Source of the DNA: Candidatus Woesearchaeota archaeon
Lineage (GTDB): Archaea; Nanobdellota; Nanobdellia; SCGC-AAA011-G17; UBA489
Assembly (NCBI GenBank): GCA_964367375.1
Contig: CAYIXG010000007.1
Location: forward strand, 21,530-85,529
Reading direction: 5' to 3'
DNA: 64,000 nt
Shown: positions 43,489 through 52,801 of the stretch, piece by piece
Position numbering within the stretch: position 1 is the first letter of the stretch
Layout of the letters: each line of letters opens with the position of its first letter
Program-made: the position numbers and the translations under genes
The notes under the pieces: generated by a model
Seen by the model: the letters and a program-made list of their open reading frames with translations, nothing else
The model's database searches: none
Told to the model about the DNA's origin: nothing

Positions 43489-43788
43489 ATGGTAGAACAC
43501 GACTGGACTCAAGCAGAAAAAAAGGTGTATACACCAAGAACATACGCTCCTTTACAAAGGTTATATGAAAGTGAAAATCTTCCAGCATCCGACCCTGCAG
43601 CACGAGCAAATTTCCTTGCTAATAATGTCCTACAAATAGGATACGCTGATCAGCTTGGAATACTAGTAATGCTAAATGAAAAAGGTAAAGCAGCGGTATT
43701 AAACCATTTGGAAGATGAAGTTATTAAAGCGCATCAAGAAACCGTTCCAAAAAGTCCAGAAATTCCTGTTCCTTGTATGCGTAAATAA
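43489..43788 (+). CDS. Hypothetical protein (99 aa)
   Basis: Clean ORF behind its own TATA box; no motif recognised. Confidence 0.5.
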   Translation: MVEHDWTQAEKKVYTPRTYAPLQRLYESENLPASDPAARANFLANNVLQIGYADQLGILVMLNEKGKAAVLNHLEDEVIKAHQETVPKSPEIPVPCMRK

Positions 43789-43795
43789 AGAAGAA

Positions 43796-44698
43796 TTATT
43801 TCTTTTCCAAGAGCTCGCAAGCGCGACACAAGCTTTTTGCTGCTGGTTCTCCGCATGAGGTGCAAGTGCCAATCTGTTTTCCTTGATAGCGTTCTTTCAG
43901 TTTTGGAAGAATGTCTAAGAAAGATTGCACAATGCCTTGCTTTGTGCCAGGATATTGCTGTTCCATCTTGTTGAGCATGTTTCCAACTGTAATGCGAAAG
44001 GAGTCAAAGGAATTAGGACATACATAATAGCTGACAGGAAACTGTTTCAATTTGGAGTAGATAGTGGTTTCCTTTTCAGTAATGAAGTAAAGGGGTTTAA
44101 TGCGTTTGATGAAGTGCTCATGGGATAACGCTCCAGTAACAGGTCCAAGTTTTGCAGAAAAACTAATGTTTCCCTTAAATTGGTTCATGATAATGCTTTG
44201 TGCTTCATCGTCTAAGTTGTGACCAGTGGCAAGCTTTGTTGCTTTTAATCGTCGGGCTGCCTTGTTTAATAAATAGCGTCTGAACACTCCGCAAGGGGCG
44301 CAGGGTGTTTTTGGCTTCTTCTGTTTCAGGTATTCGTCAAGGGTGAATCCAAGCTCGTCTTTATAGGAAGTGATGTGCAGTTTGATTCCGAGTTCATTGC
44401 AGAATTGGTGTGCTTCAGCAAGTGTTTTTTCTCGGTAGCCATGAATCCCTTCATCAATTGCAATGGCAATTAATGGAGTTCCTTGTTTCTGAAGTATTTT
44501 GTTGAGGAGATAAAGGCAGGTAGTGCTATCCTTTCCCCCGGAAAGGCCAACTGCTATCGTGTCATCTTTTTCAAGCATGTGGTATGTACGAATGGTTTTC
44601 AGGATTTTCTTTTCAACATATTTGATGAAGCAGTTTTTGCACAGAGATTCATGATTTAATGTGACATACACAGGAGCAGTAAGACATGTTTTGCACAT
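43796..44698 (-). CDS. TtuA/NcsA-type tRNA 2-thiolation PP-loop ATPase
   Basis: N-terminal CxxC...CxxC (CKTC, CKNC). PP-loop GLSGGKDST. Fe-S Cys pair PCAPCGVFRR. C-terminal CTSCGEPAAKSLCRAC. Confidence 0.8.
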   Translation of the reverse strand: MCKTCLTAPVYVTLNHESLCKNCFIKYVEKKILKTIRTYHMLEKDDTIAVGLSGGKDSTTCLYLLNKILQKQGTPLIAIAIDEGIHGYREKTLAEAHQFCNELGIKLHITSYKDELGFTLDEYLKQKKPKTPCAPCGVFRRYLLNKAARRLKATKLATGHNLDDEAQSIIMNQFKGNISFSAKLGPVTGALSHEHFIKRIKPLYFITEKETTIYSKLKQFPVSYYVCPNSFDSFRITVGNMLNKMEQQYPGTKQGIVQSFLDILPKLKERYQGKQIGTCTSCGEPAAKSLCRACELLEKK

Positions 44699-44700
44699 GA

Positions 44701-44904
44701 TTATCCTCCAGATACAACGGAGAAGAGTTCAAGCGTATCACCTTCATGAAGGTACGCAGTTTCAGGGACAATAGTTCCGTTGAGTGATGCAACAATGGTC
44801 ACTGGATTAATATGCAGTTCATCAAGTGCATCGATGATGGTTGAGCTTTGAAGAGCAACTCTTGTTCTCTTGTTCTCGTTTTCGATGAAGAGGGTGATGT
44901 GCAT
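44701..44904 (-). CDS. Ubiquitin-like sulfur carrier (ThiS/MoaD/TtuB/SAMP family) ending in Gly-Gly
   Basis: 67 aa from MHITLF... to ...GDTLELFSVVSGG-stop. The ATG lies 1 nt after the E1 stop, and the gene is followed 2 nt later by TtuA. Confidence 0.7.
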   Translation of the reverse strand: MHITLFIENENKRTRVALQSSTIIDALDELHINPVTIVASLNGTIVPETAYLHEGDTLELFSVVSGG

Positions 44905-44905
44905 A

Positions 44906-45871
44906 TTAATGTCCAATATAAGTTGTGAAGAGTTTTTGTGCTTCTTGCTCATTCGGTGCGCGAATAAGGATCCTATTGGGAAAGATAGTCATCGTTTTAA
45001 AAGTAAGATAATAGGTGTGGTTTGTAACCGTGTCAATTGTTGAAAGTGTGTGTTGAAGGGTGTGAAGATTGATGAGTGGTGTGCGGATAAGGTATGTGTT
45101 TGTGCTGCAAATGCGAATGGTGTCGTGTCCTTTCTTTCCAGTAATATATTCATAATTGCCATGGCATGCAGGGCAGTCTGTTCGTTGTGTAATCCCTAAG
45201 GTTGCATAGCTCCCATTCCACAAGTTGATGTGTGTCATTTGAGGAAGAATTGAGTGTCCGAGGATAAGTTTGAGGCAGAGTGTTGTTTGCAGTGCTGCAA
45301 TGGTTGTAGTGATGGTATTAAGAACGCCTGCAGTATCACATGTTTCAAGCGCGCCTGCATAATTCTCAGCGAACACGCATCGAAAACAGGGGTTTCCAGG
45401 AGTGATAGGAAGAACATATCCTTTAGTAGTGATTGCTCCTGCCGCAATCCAGGGCTTGCCTGTGGAGAGGCAATAGTCATTGATCAAGAATCGAGTGTCC
45501 ATATTGTCTGTGCCGTCAAGAATGATATGTGCTTCTGTAAGAAGAGAGGTGATAGTGTCGCAAGTCACATCTTCAAAGAATGCAGCAACCTGAACATCTG
45601 AATTAAGTGCGTGGATGCGTTTTTTCGCTGCAAACGCTTTTGGTGTTCCCACATCTTCTTCAGCGTACAAGCTTTGTCGGGTGAGGTTAGTAACATCAAC
45701 AAGATCTCTGTCAATCAAGAGAAGCTTTCCAATGCCTGCGCGTGCAAGGAGTTCTGCGCTCACGCTTCCGAGTGCTCCTACTCCTACAAGAGCAACAGTT
45801 GCATGGCTAATCTTCTGTTGTCCTGCTACTCCTATGAGGGGAAGCGTTTCCTGTCTCTGGTATCTGCTCAT
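44906..45871 (-). CDS. E1-like adenylyltransferase (ThiF/MoeB/UbaA/TtuC family)
   Basis: RYQRQ...VALVGVGALGSVSAELLARAGIGKLLLIDRDLVDVTNLTRQ nucleotide-binding fold. Two CxxC pairs (CFRC, CPAC). A C-terminal ~80-aa extra domain. Confidence 0.8.
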   Translation of the reverse strand: MSRYQRQETLPLIGVAGQQKISHATVALVGVGALGSVSAELLARAGIGKLLLIDRDLVDVTNLTRQSLYAEEDVGTPKAFAAKKRIHALNSDVQVAAFFEDVTCDTITSLLTEAHIILDGTDNMDTRFLINDYCLSTGKPWIAAGAITTKGYVLPITPGNPCFRCVFAENYAGALETCDTAGVLNTITTTIAALQTTLCLKLILGHSILPQMTHINLWNGSYATLGITQRTDCPACHGNYEYITGKKGHDTIRICSTNTYLIRTPLINLHTLQHTLSTIDTVTNHTYYLTFKTMTIFPNRILIRAPNEQEAQKLFTTYIGH

Positions 45872-45895
45872 AGAAAAGAAAAGGGAAAAGAGGGT

Positions 45896-48454
45896 TTAAA
45901 TGTATTGCTCTCGAGGAGTGAGAATAAGCTTGTACAGTTCAAGAACAAAGTATCCTGTGCTTCCGACGAGAGCTACCCACACCCAATCATTGATACTGAG
46001 AGGAACTAAGCTAAAGAGGGTATGAAGGGGTGTATAGATGATGAGGATTTGGAGTGCTAAGGAAAAGAGTGCTGCCAAATTGAGCCAGGTATTGGTAAAT
46101 ATTCCTTTAAATGGTTCGCGTGTTTTGCAAGTAAATGCTTTGCAGATTTCAAAAAGGATGAGTGCAGTGAGAGTAATACTTCTCGCTTTTTCTACGCCAT
46201 AGAGGTTATTAGTGACAGCAAAAAGAGTGAGAATAATGCCTGTGCCAAAGAGTGCAGTAAAGAGCATTTGTCCCTTGAGGTTTTTGAAGAGGCTCTCATT
46301 GGGATCGCGGGGGGGTCGGCGCATCATATTGCTGTCTGGACGATCTGTGCTGAGAGCGAGTGCTGGCCAGCTGTCTGTCATGAGGTTCATCCAGAGAATA
46401 TGCAGGGGGAGTAAGGGGAGGGGAAGTCCGATGAGGAGCCCAATAAGGATGACGCCAACTTCAACCGCATTTGCACTGAGGAGGTAATTGACAAACTTTT
46501 TGATGTTATCGTACACTGTTCTTCCTTCTTCAACAGCAGAAACGATGCTCGAGTAATGGTCATCTGTCAGCACCATGTCTGCAGCATCTCGGGTGACGTT
46601 CGTTCCTTTCAAGGACATGGCAATGCCGACGTCTGCTTTTTTAAGTGCAGGCGCGTCGTTCACTCCGTCACCTGTCATGGCAACAACTTCTCCGTTGCGT
46701 TGGAGTGCTTCAAGAATTCTCACTTTGTGTTCGGATGTTGCGCGGGCAAAGATGGTGTATTTTTTGACTTTATGTTTCAAGTCATCATCGCTCATCTCAG
46801 AAAGTTCGTGTCCAGAAAGAACGTCTCCATGAAGTCCGATTTGCGTCGCAATAGCTGCTGCAGTTCTGGGATGGTCTCCAGTGATCATGATTGAGGTAAT
46901 GCCTGCTGTTTCTGCGATGGTGAGAGCTTCTTTGACGCCTTCCTTTGGCGGATCGATCATGCCCATGAGTCCGACAAAGCACATCTCGTGTTTGTAGGAG
47001 AATGCCATGGCAAGAACGCGTAATGCGTCGTCTGCCATCTGGTGATTGATGGTGAGTATTTTCTGCATGTCTCTCTGGATGAGTCTTCGTCGTTTGCCGT
47101 TGATGATGATAGAATGGCACATGCCAAGAATAACTTCCGGTGCTCCTTTGTAGTAGGTGACGCCTTTTTCGTGCATTGTTGCCATGTATTTCTTGTCAGA
47201 ATCAAAGGGGATTTCGTCAATGCGGTTTCTTTTTGTGGTAACATCTCCTTTGAGTGCTGCGAAGAGGAGTGCGCGCTCGGTGGGGTCGCCAATGTCTTTG
47301 GTGGAGTTGTTGCATGAAGCTGCAATGTCTAAGAGGAGTTTGAAGGATTGGGGTTCAACAGCTTTCCCTTCAATGCTAAAACTTCCGAGAGAATTATAGC
47401 CTTCGCCACCCACATCAACAAGCGTTTGGTTTACATACAGTTTCTTGACAGTCATCTCATTGGTGGTGAGGGTGCCTGTTTTGTCGCTGCAGATAACAGT
47501 AACACTGCCCAAAGTTTCAATGCTTTTGAGTCGTTTAATGAGCGCATTTCTGCGGATCATGTGTTGGACGCTGAGTGCAAGGCAGATAGTAACAACTGCA
47601 GGTAACCCTTCAGGGACTGCTGCGACGGCAAGGCTCACAGCTGTCAGGAGAGTTTCAACCGTGTTCAAGTTTCTGAGGATGCCGATGAGGAAGACAGAAA
47701 CGCATACTGCAAAGACGAGGAAGCCAAGCGTTTTTCCGAGTTCCTTGAGTTTTACTTGGAGGGGTGTGGGTGTTTGTTTGATGTGTTGCACCATTTCGGC
47801 AATCTTCCCTATTTCAGTGTGCATGCCTGTTCCCACAACAACTCCCTTGCCAGTGCCGCGAACGACTGAAGTTCCGGAGTAGAGCATGTTTGCTCGCTCA
47901 GCAAGGTCTACAACGCCAGAAAGGGCAGCGATTTGTTTGGTGCAGGGAATGCTTTCTCCAGTAAGTGAAGATTCATCGGTTTGCAAGTTTTTTGCTTCGA
48001 TGATGCGCGTGTCCGCACAAACGCGGTCTCCTGCTTCGAGGACGATGATGTCTCCAGGGACAATGAGTGATGACAAAATTTCTTGAAGTTCTCCGTCGCG
48101 AATGACTTTCACTTTGAGTTCGGTGAGTTTGCGGAGGAGTTCGATGGAGCGTTCTGCCTTGTATTCCTGGAAAAATCCGAGAAGCGCGTTAAAGATGAGA
48201 ATAGCAAGAATGACAAAAGCGTCTAAGTATTCTCCGACAAAAAAAGAGATAGCGACTGCTCCGAGGAGGATATAGACAACAAGGTCTGCAAATTGTCTGA
48301 TGAGAATAATGAGCGCGCTTGTTTTGTGTTCTTCTTTGAGCTTGTTTTCCCCATGTTGAGTTAAACGTTTATGTGCGTCTGCAGGTGATAATCCAGAAAG
48401 GGAGGTTGCGTGAGAGGTAAGAACGTCAGTAACGCTTTTCTGGTAATACTCCAT
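45896..48454 (-). CDS. P-type ATPase, type IIA (Ca2+-transporting-like)
   Basis: Motifs [28 protein letters not shown] and [20 protein letters not shown]; 10-TM layout. Confidence 0.9.
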   Translation of the reverse strand: MEYYQKSVTDVLTSHATSLSGLSPADAHKRLTQHGENKLKEEHKTSALIILIRQFADLVVYILLGAVAISFFVGEYLDAFVILAILIFNALLGFFQEYKAERSIELLRKLTELKVKVIRDGELQEILSSLIVPGDIIVLEAGDRVCADTRIIEAKNLQTDESSLTGESIPCTKQIAALSGVVDLAERANMLYSGTSVVRGTGKGVVVGTGMHTEIGKIAEMVQHIKQTPTPLQVKLKELGKTLGFLVFAVCVSVFLIGILRNLNTVETLLTAVSLAVAAVPEGLPAVVTICLALSVQHMIRRNALIKRLKSIETLGSVTVICSDKTGTLTTNEMTVKKLYVNQTLVDVGGEGYNSLGSFSIEGKAVEPQSFKLLLDIAASCNNSTKDIGDPTERALLFAALKGDVTTKRNRIDEIPFDSDKKYMATMHEKGVTYYKGAPEVILGMCHSIIINGKRRRLIQRDMQKILTINHQMADDALRVLAMAFSYKHEMCFVGLMGMIDPPKEGVKEALTIAETAGITSIMITGDHPRTAAAIATQIGLHGDVLSGHELSEMSDDDLKHKVKKYTIFARATSEHKVRILEALQRNGEVVAMTGDGVNDAPALKKADVGIAMSLKGTNVTRDAADMVLTDDHYSSIVSAVEEGRTVYDNIKKFVNYLLSANAVEVGVILIGLLIGLPLPLLPLHILWMNLMTDSWPALALSTDRPDSNMMRRPPRDPNESLFKNLKGQMLFTALFGTGIILTLFAVTNNLYGVEKARSITLTALILFEICKAFTCKTREPFKGIFTNTWLNLAALFSLALQILIIYTPLHTLFSLVPLSINDWVWVALVGSTGYFVLELYKLILTPREQYI

Positions 48455-48492
48455 GTTCTTGGGGGAATCTCCAATTTTAAAAGGTTTGCTGT

Positions 48493-48918
48493 CTATATTT
48501 GATGTTTGAATAAGGTATTAAAAGTGCCAAGTTCGTGATGCAGCCAGGAGGGAATATGTTCTGGAGTGAGGGGTGCCCACTGGTACAAGTCATGTTCAGG
48601 GCTAAGTGTTATCTGGGTGTGTTCTGGTGTACAAAGAAAAATGAGCATAGTAATGCGTTGCTGATCATCCCGAACGAAATGTTGAACACCAAGAGGGTGC
48701 AAGATAGTAATCTCAAGTCCTGTTTCTTCTTTTGTTTCTCTGCGAAGTCCATCAAAGGGGTTTTCACCCTTATCTAGTCTTCCTCCTGGAATGTCCCATC
48801 CTCCGGGTTTATGAGGGTTTGTGAAGTTTCTGCGAAGAAGAAGGAGTTTTTCATTGTGAATAATGAAGGATTTGACAGCGAGGGAGAAATCATGAGTCAT
48901 GAGAGCAATAGTTCTCAA
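48493..48918 (-). CDS. NUDIX hydrolase
   Basis: Nudix box GGRLDKGENPFDGLRRETKEETGL. Confidence 0.8.
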   Translation of the reverse strand: MRTIALMTHDFSLAVKSFIIHNEKLLLLRRNFTNPHKPGGWDIPGGRLDKGENPFDGLRRETKEETGLEITILHPLGVQHFVRDDQQRITMLIFLCTPEHTQITLSPEHDLYQWAPLTPEHIPSWLHHELGTFNTLFKHQI

Positions 48919-48963
48919 GAGAGAAATAAAAGGTTTCTGATAATCAAAAAGATATGTTTAAGA

Positions 48964-49680
48964 TTAATAAGTGATGCCAAAGCTGATAATTCCTTTAGTC
49001 CAGAGGATGAGGAGGATACCAAGAGCAATCATGATTATTCCTATAAAGAGGCGCATCCATTGGCGTTTGCTCTGCTTCCATGTCGCAATCCGTTCAATGC
49101 TGAATCCGAAATAGACTAAAAGCAGGATAACAATGAGGGGAAGGACGAAGATGAAGTTGTAGAGGAGGAGATAGCTGAAAATAGTGAGGTTAAATCCTAT
49201 TTTGGCAAGGAGTGTGGTGATGGCAAGGTAAGGTCCTCCAGTGCAGGGCAGTTCAACTGCCGCAACGAAAATACCAAGGACGATAGCTCCGGGAACGCTG
49301 ACGTTTTTAACGTATTTTTTCAGGAGAGGAATGCGTGATTTTGGAATGGTGAGGCTAAACCCTTTCCCATACCACCAGAAGTCTTTGATTTCGATAAGTC
49401 CAAGAATGATGACAAGTCCTCCGACGACGAGGCTGATGGGTTCTGCGAGGTTAAGTTTCTGGATGAATAAGAGTAATCCGACGCCTGCAAGGAGGTAGGT
49501 AATATATACTGCAGCGATGTAAATAATGCCGACAGTGAGCATGCGTTTTTTGTTTTTGGAGAGTGCAAAAAGAGTGGTGACAAGAAGGATAAGAACACCA
49601 ATGGCACAAGGATTAATGGAGTCAACAAGCGCGGTCGAAAAAACAATAGGGAGTGCAGGAAGTTCAATGCCAGTTGTCAT
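48964..49680 (-). CDS. CcdA/DsbD-family transmembrane thiol-disulfide electron transporter
   Basis: Six-TM protein with the two family Cys in TM segments: DSINPCAIGVL and VELPCTGGPYL. Confidence 0.75.
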   Translation of the reverse strand: MTTGIELPALPIVFSTALVDSINPCAIGVLILLVTTLFALSKNKKRMLTVGIIYIAAVYITYLLAGVGLLLFIQKLNLAEPISLVVGGLVIILGLIEIKDFWWYGKGFSLTIPKSRIPLLKKYVKNVSVPGAIVLGIFVAAVELPCTGGPYLAITTLLAKIGFNLTIFSYLLLYNFIFVLPLIVILLLVYFGFSIERIATWKQSKRQWMRLFIGIIMIALGILLILWTKGIISFGITY

Positions 49681-50058
49681 TTAGAAAGGACATCCTGCTT
49701 GTTGTGCGAGTTCTGCGAGGGAGAAAACGCCAATGAGAGTTTGGCCGTTGGGGAATTCCCATGTGGGATACTTTTCTATTTTTTTTTCGATGCAAAGTAT
49801 TGATTGCTCATTATCTCCTCTTGGGTCACATTCAACATAGACGCCTCGTGACTTGAGGACTGCTTCCGCGTCTTTACCAAATATTTTGGATTGTTTGGCG
49901 CAGTTGGGGCACCAGAATGCGCCATATTCTTTCACGTTGTTATCAGCGAGACAGTTGGCGAGGGATACTGCTTGCGCGCTTTCTTGTGAAGATTGACTGC
50001 TGCATCCTGTAAGGAGCAGGGAAAGAGCAATAAATGTGATGATAAAAGGTTTTATCAT
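49681..50058 (-). CDS. Extracytoplasmic thioredoxin-like lipoprotein (CxxC)
   Basis: Lipobox LLLTGC|SS. Active site GAFWCPNCAKQ. The gene abuts ccdA with no gap and overlaps VKOR by 4 nt. Confidence 0.75.
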   Translation of the reverse strand: MIKPFIITFIALSLLLTGCSSQSSQESAQAVSLANCLADNNVKEYGAFWCPNCAKQSKIFGKDAEAVLKSRGVYVECDPRGDNEQSILCIEKKIEKYPTWEFPNGQTLIGVFSLAELAQQAGCPF

Positions 50059-50612
50059 GGTTTTCTCCGTGGCAGGTGAAGAGGATGCGAGAAAGGGACG
50101 CGGTAGAGAAGAATAAGGATGAGAATGATAAGAATGTCCAGAACGATGCAGAAGGGGCAGTATGCTTTGAGGACAGAGACTTCAATGAAGAAAAGGTATG
50201 CAGCGTAAATAAGACTTATCCAGAGGAGTGTGCGGAGGACAGTGATTGTGCGTGTGACATTCATGCCGAAATAGGTGCCTTTCTTTTCAAGGGAGAAGAG
50301 TGCGCCAAAGACAAAGAGGAAGAGGAGTATACTCAAGACAGCGTTAGGAATAGGAATATCAATATAGGGAGTGTTTAATCCGTATTCAAAGCTCAGAAGA
50401 TACAAAATGCCATCAACAGTTGAATAGGGGCTTTTGTTGACAATGTTGCAGTCAAGAGTTGCGCTCCACTGGCAAAACTTGGATTCGTTGGGAGAATAAT
50501 GCTGGGCAGCGAGGTAAATGCTGACAAGGATAGCGAGAAATGTGAATATTTTAAGCCAAGTAAGGGGTGATGAACGTTTCATGAGCGTGTTCCTCGAGGA
50601 TAACGTTAGCAA
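50055..50612 (-). CDS. VKOR (vitamin K epoxide reductase) family membrane oxidoreductase
   Basis: Four or five TM helices. Loop Cys pair CQWSATLDC with conserved SPYS. CxxC at the start of the last core helix (AYCPFCIVLD). Confidence 0.7.
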   Translation of the reverse strand: MLTLSSRNTLMKRSSPLTWLKIFTFLAILVSIYLAAQHYSPNESKFCQWSATLDCNIVNKSPYSTVDGILYLLSFEYGLNTPYIDIPIPNAVLSILLFLFVFGALFSLEKKGTYFGMNVTRTITVLRTLLWISLIYAAYLFFIEVSVLKAYCPFCIVLDILIILILILLYRVPFSHPLHLPRRKP

Positions 50613-50834
50613 AACTCACAGACGTTCTTGTCTTTGGTGTCTTTGTTTGATTTTTTCTTCGCTGTGGTGCGTGACGATTGCGTTTTCCTCTTTTTTTTCT
50701 GAAGACGTTTGGGCATGATGATGAGTGCAATAATCAATATATAAAGGTTGTGTTGAGAGAAGGAAGGAGTGAAAAGGGATGGTAAAAAAAGGTTACACTA
50801 AGTTTTATATACAAGTATAGCGTTGAGAGGGTGA

Positions 50835-51770
50835 ATGATTCGTGTTGCTACATATACCACAGGTCGTAAGGTGCAGGAGACAACGCTTGAAAATCTGAAC
50901 ACGCTGCGTGCGATTGCGTGGGTTGATGTGGTTGATCCTTCTGTGGAAGAGCTGCAGATGATTCGGGAGAAGCTGGATATTCCATTTTCTGAGCTCAAGC
51001 ACACGATGGATCAAAAGGAAAGTTCGAGGGTGAGGTCTGAGCAGAATTACACATTGATCATTTTTAATGGAGTGAAGGGTGAAAAGACAAAGGCAGTGCT
51101 CACTCCGATTGGTTTTATCATGACAAAAAGAGTCCTTGTCACCATTCGAAAAGAGAGTCTTGGTGTGATTGACCAGATTGATGTGAATGCAGACGTGTTT
51201 ACCAATATCATGAGGCAAGGATTAGACATACTGTTGTACACAATATTATATCGCATAGTAAAGGATGCTGCAATGTTGCTGGAGTCTGTTGAGGAGGATA
51301 TTGACGAGATTGAGACTGAAGCATTAAAAGTGAATAATAAAAAAGTGACTGAAAAATTGTTTGATGTAAAGAAGATGCTTATCTATATGAGAAAGTCACT
51401 TGTGGGAAACAGGATGGTTGTCAATTACTTGAGAAAAGAGGAGCAGCTGATAAGGAACAAAGGATTGTTCCATGATGTGGAGGTTGAGTTGATACAGCTG
51501 ATTGATCAATTAGAAGTATACGACGAAAAGCTGGGAACAGTAATTGATATTTGCTTGACAGCATCTGCAAATAGGGCGAATGATGTGATGAAGACTTTCG
51601 GAATTTTTGCAGCGATGATGTTGGTGCCGATGCTCATCACTGGGTTGTATGGGATGAATGTGATATTGCCATTGCAAGGTCATCAGAATGCATTTTGGAT
51701 CATTATGCTTATTATTATCATTTCTGTGACGATCATGCTATTGATGTTTAAGTGGAAAAAATGGACGTAA
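50835..51770 (+). CDS. corA: CorA magnesium transporter
   Basis: Cytoplasmic alpha/beta domain plus two C-terminal TM helices, with the GLYGMNV (GMN) signature. Confidence 0.85.
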   Translation: MIRVATYTTGRKVQETTLENLNTLRAIAWVDVVDPSVEELQMIREKLDIPFSELKHTMDQKESSRVRSEQNYTLIIFNGVKGEKTKAVLTPIGFIMTKRVLVTIRKESLGVIDQIDVNADVFTNIMRQGLDILLYTILYRIVKDAAMLLESVEEDIDEIETEALKVNNKKVTEKLFDVKKMLIYMRKSLVGNRMVVNYLRKEEQLIRNKGLFHDVEVELIQLIDQLEVYDEKLGTVIDICLTASANRANDVMKTFGIFAAMMLVPMLITGLYGMNVILPLQGHQNAFWIIMLIIIISVTIMLLMFKWKKWT

Positions 51771-52801
51771 GCGTTGACGAAGAGACAATATCTTCAAGAA
51801 AAGGGTGGTGGGTGGTGCTGGCGATTGCAGTAATAGTGATCTTTGCAAGCATTCCTGTGCTTGCTGCAAGCGATAAGTTCATTATATGGCTAAATGAAAA
51901 TAAGACACTGAACGGGAAGAAAATCACGTTTATTGGGTTTGATGAAAATGCTGCAAATTTTATTGTTGATGGGGAGTATGGCACGGTATTGCTCAATCAG
52001 GAGAGGCTGATTAATGGGATGTATGTGACGTTGGTGGGAAAGTCAAGTCATCCCGCAGTGGCGATTGTCAATATAACAGTAAATATCACGTGTGGAGATG
52101 GAACCTGTGGTGCTTTTGAGGATCATCAAATATGCTGCAAGGATTGTGGATGTTTATTGCCTTCTTTAGGGTGTTTTGATAATGTGTGTGTGGAGAATGT
52201 ATCAAATCCAACAAGCACGTATGAGTGTTTGGCAGATAGTGATTGTAAGCCAGGAAGGTGTCAGTCTGCTTCGTGCAACACAAAAGTAGTTCCCTATCAG
52301 TGTGCATTTGCTCCGATAACGAATTGTACTGCAGGTGATGGGTGCTGTCCGATAAGTTGTTCAACAGACCAAGATTCTGATTGCGCGGAGGTGGACAAAT
52401 GTGATGTGGGGAGTGATTGCAATGATAATAATCCATGCACTGATGATATATGTGAAGGAGATCCGAAGCGATGTAAGTATAATTCGAAAGTAGGGTGTAT
52501 ATTAAATGGGGAATGTATCTCAATAGGTGCGGTAAGGGGGAATACATTCTGTTCGCGCGCGAGCATTATCACTTATCAAAGGGTGAATGATCAGGTGTGC
52601 GAAGAGGACTATGAGTGTTTGTCTGGAGAGTGTTTTGCAGGGACGTGTAAAGAGAATAGAGTAACAACAACGTTCTTTTATCTCTTTTTCTTGTTTTTAG
52701 GAGTTATGGTCATTGTGGTTATATCATATATAAGTGCAGTGATGGCAAGGGCTGAAAAAAAGAAGAAGTCTCTTGAAGAGAAGCAGAAGAAAAAAAGTTA
52801 G
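51761..52801 (+). CDS. Cys-rich bitopic membrane protein (about 30 Cys in ~190 aa)
   Basis: The ATG at 51761 overlaps the corA end by 10 nt. N-terminal TM WWVVLAIAVIVIFASIPVLAA. Cys-knot-like segments: CGDGTCGAFEDHQICCKDCGC, DSDCKPGRCQSASC, GSDCNDNNPCTDDIC, YECLSGECFAGTC. C-terminal TM plus a Lys-rich tail. Confidence 0.6.
   Translation: MDVSVDEETISSRKGWWVVLAIAVIVIFASIPVLAASDKFIIWLNENKTLNGKKITFIGFDENAANFIVDGEYGTVLLNQERLINGMYVTLVGKSSHPAVAIVNITVNITCGDGTCGAFEDHQICCKDCGCLLPSLGCFDNVCVENVSNPTSTYECLADSDCKPGRCQSASCNTKVVPYQCAFAPITNCTAGDGCCPISCSTDQDSDCAEVDKCDVGSDCNDNNPCTDDICEGDPKRCKYNSKVGCILNGECISIGAVRGNTFCSRASIITYQRVNDQVCEEDYECLSGECFAGTCKENRVTTTFFYLFFLFLGVMVIVVISYISAVMARAEKKKKSLEEKQKKKS

Noticed and set aside
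46212-47882. Plus-strand ORFs of 80-145 aa inside the P-type ATPase gene.
   Set aside because: They are antisense shadows of a gene with all canonical P-type motifs intact.
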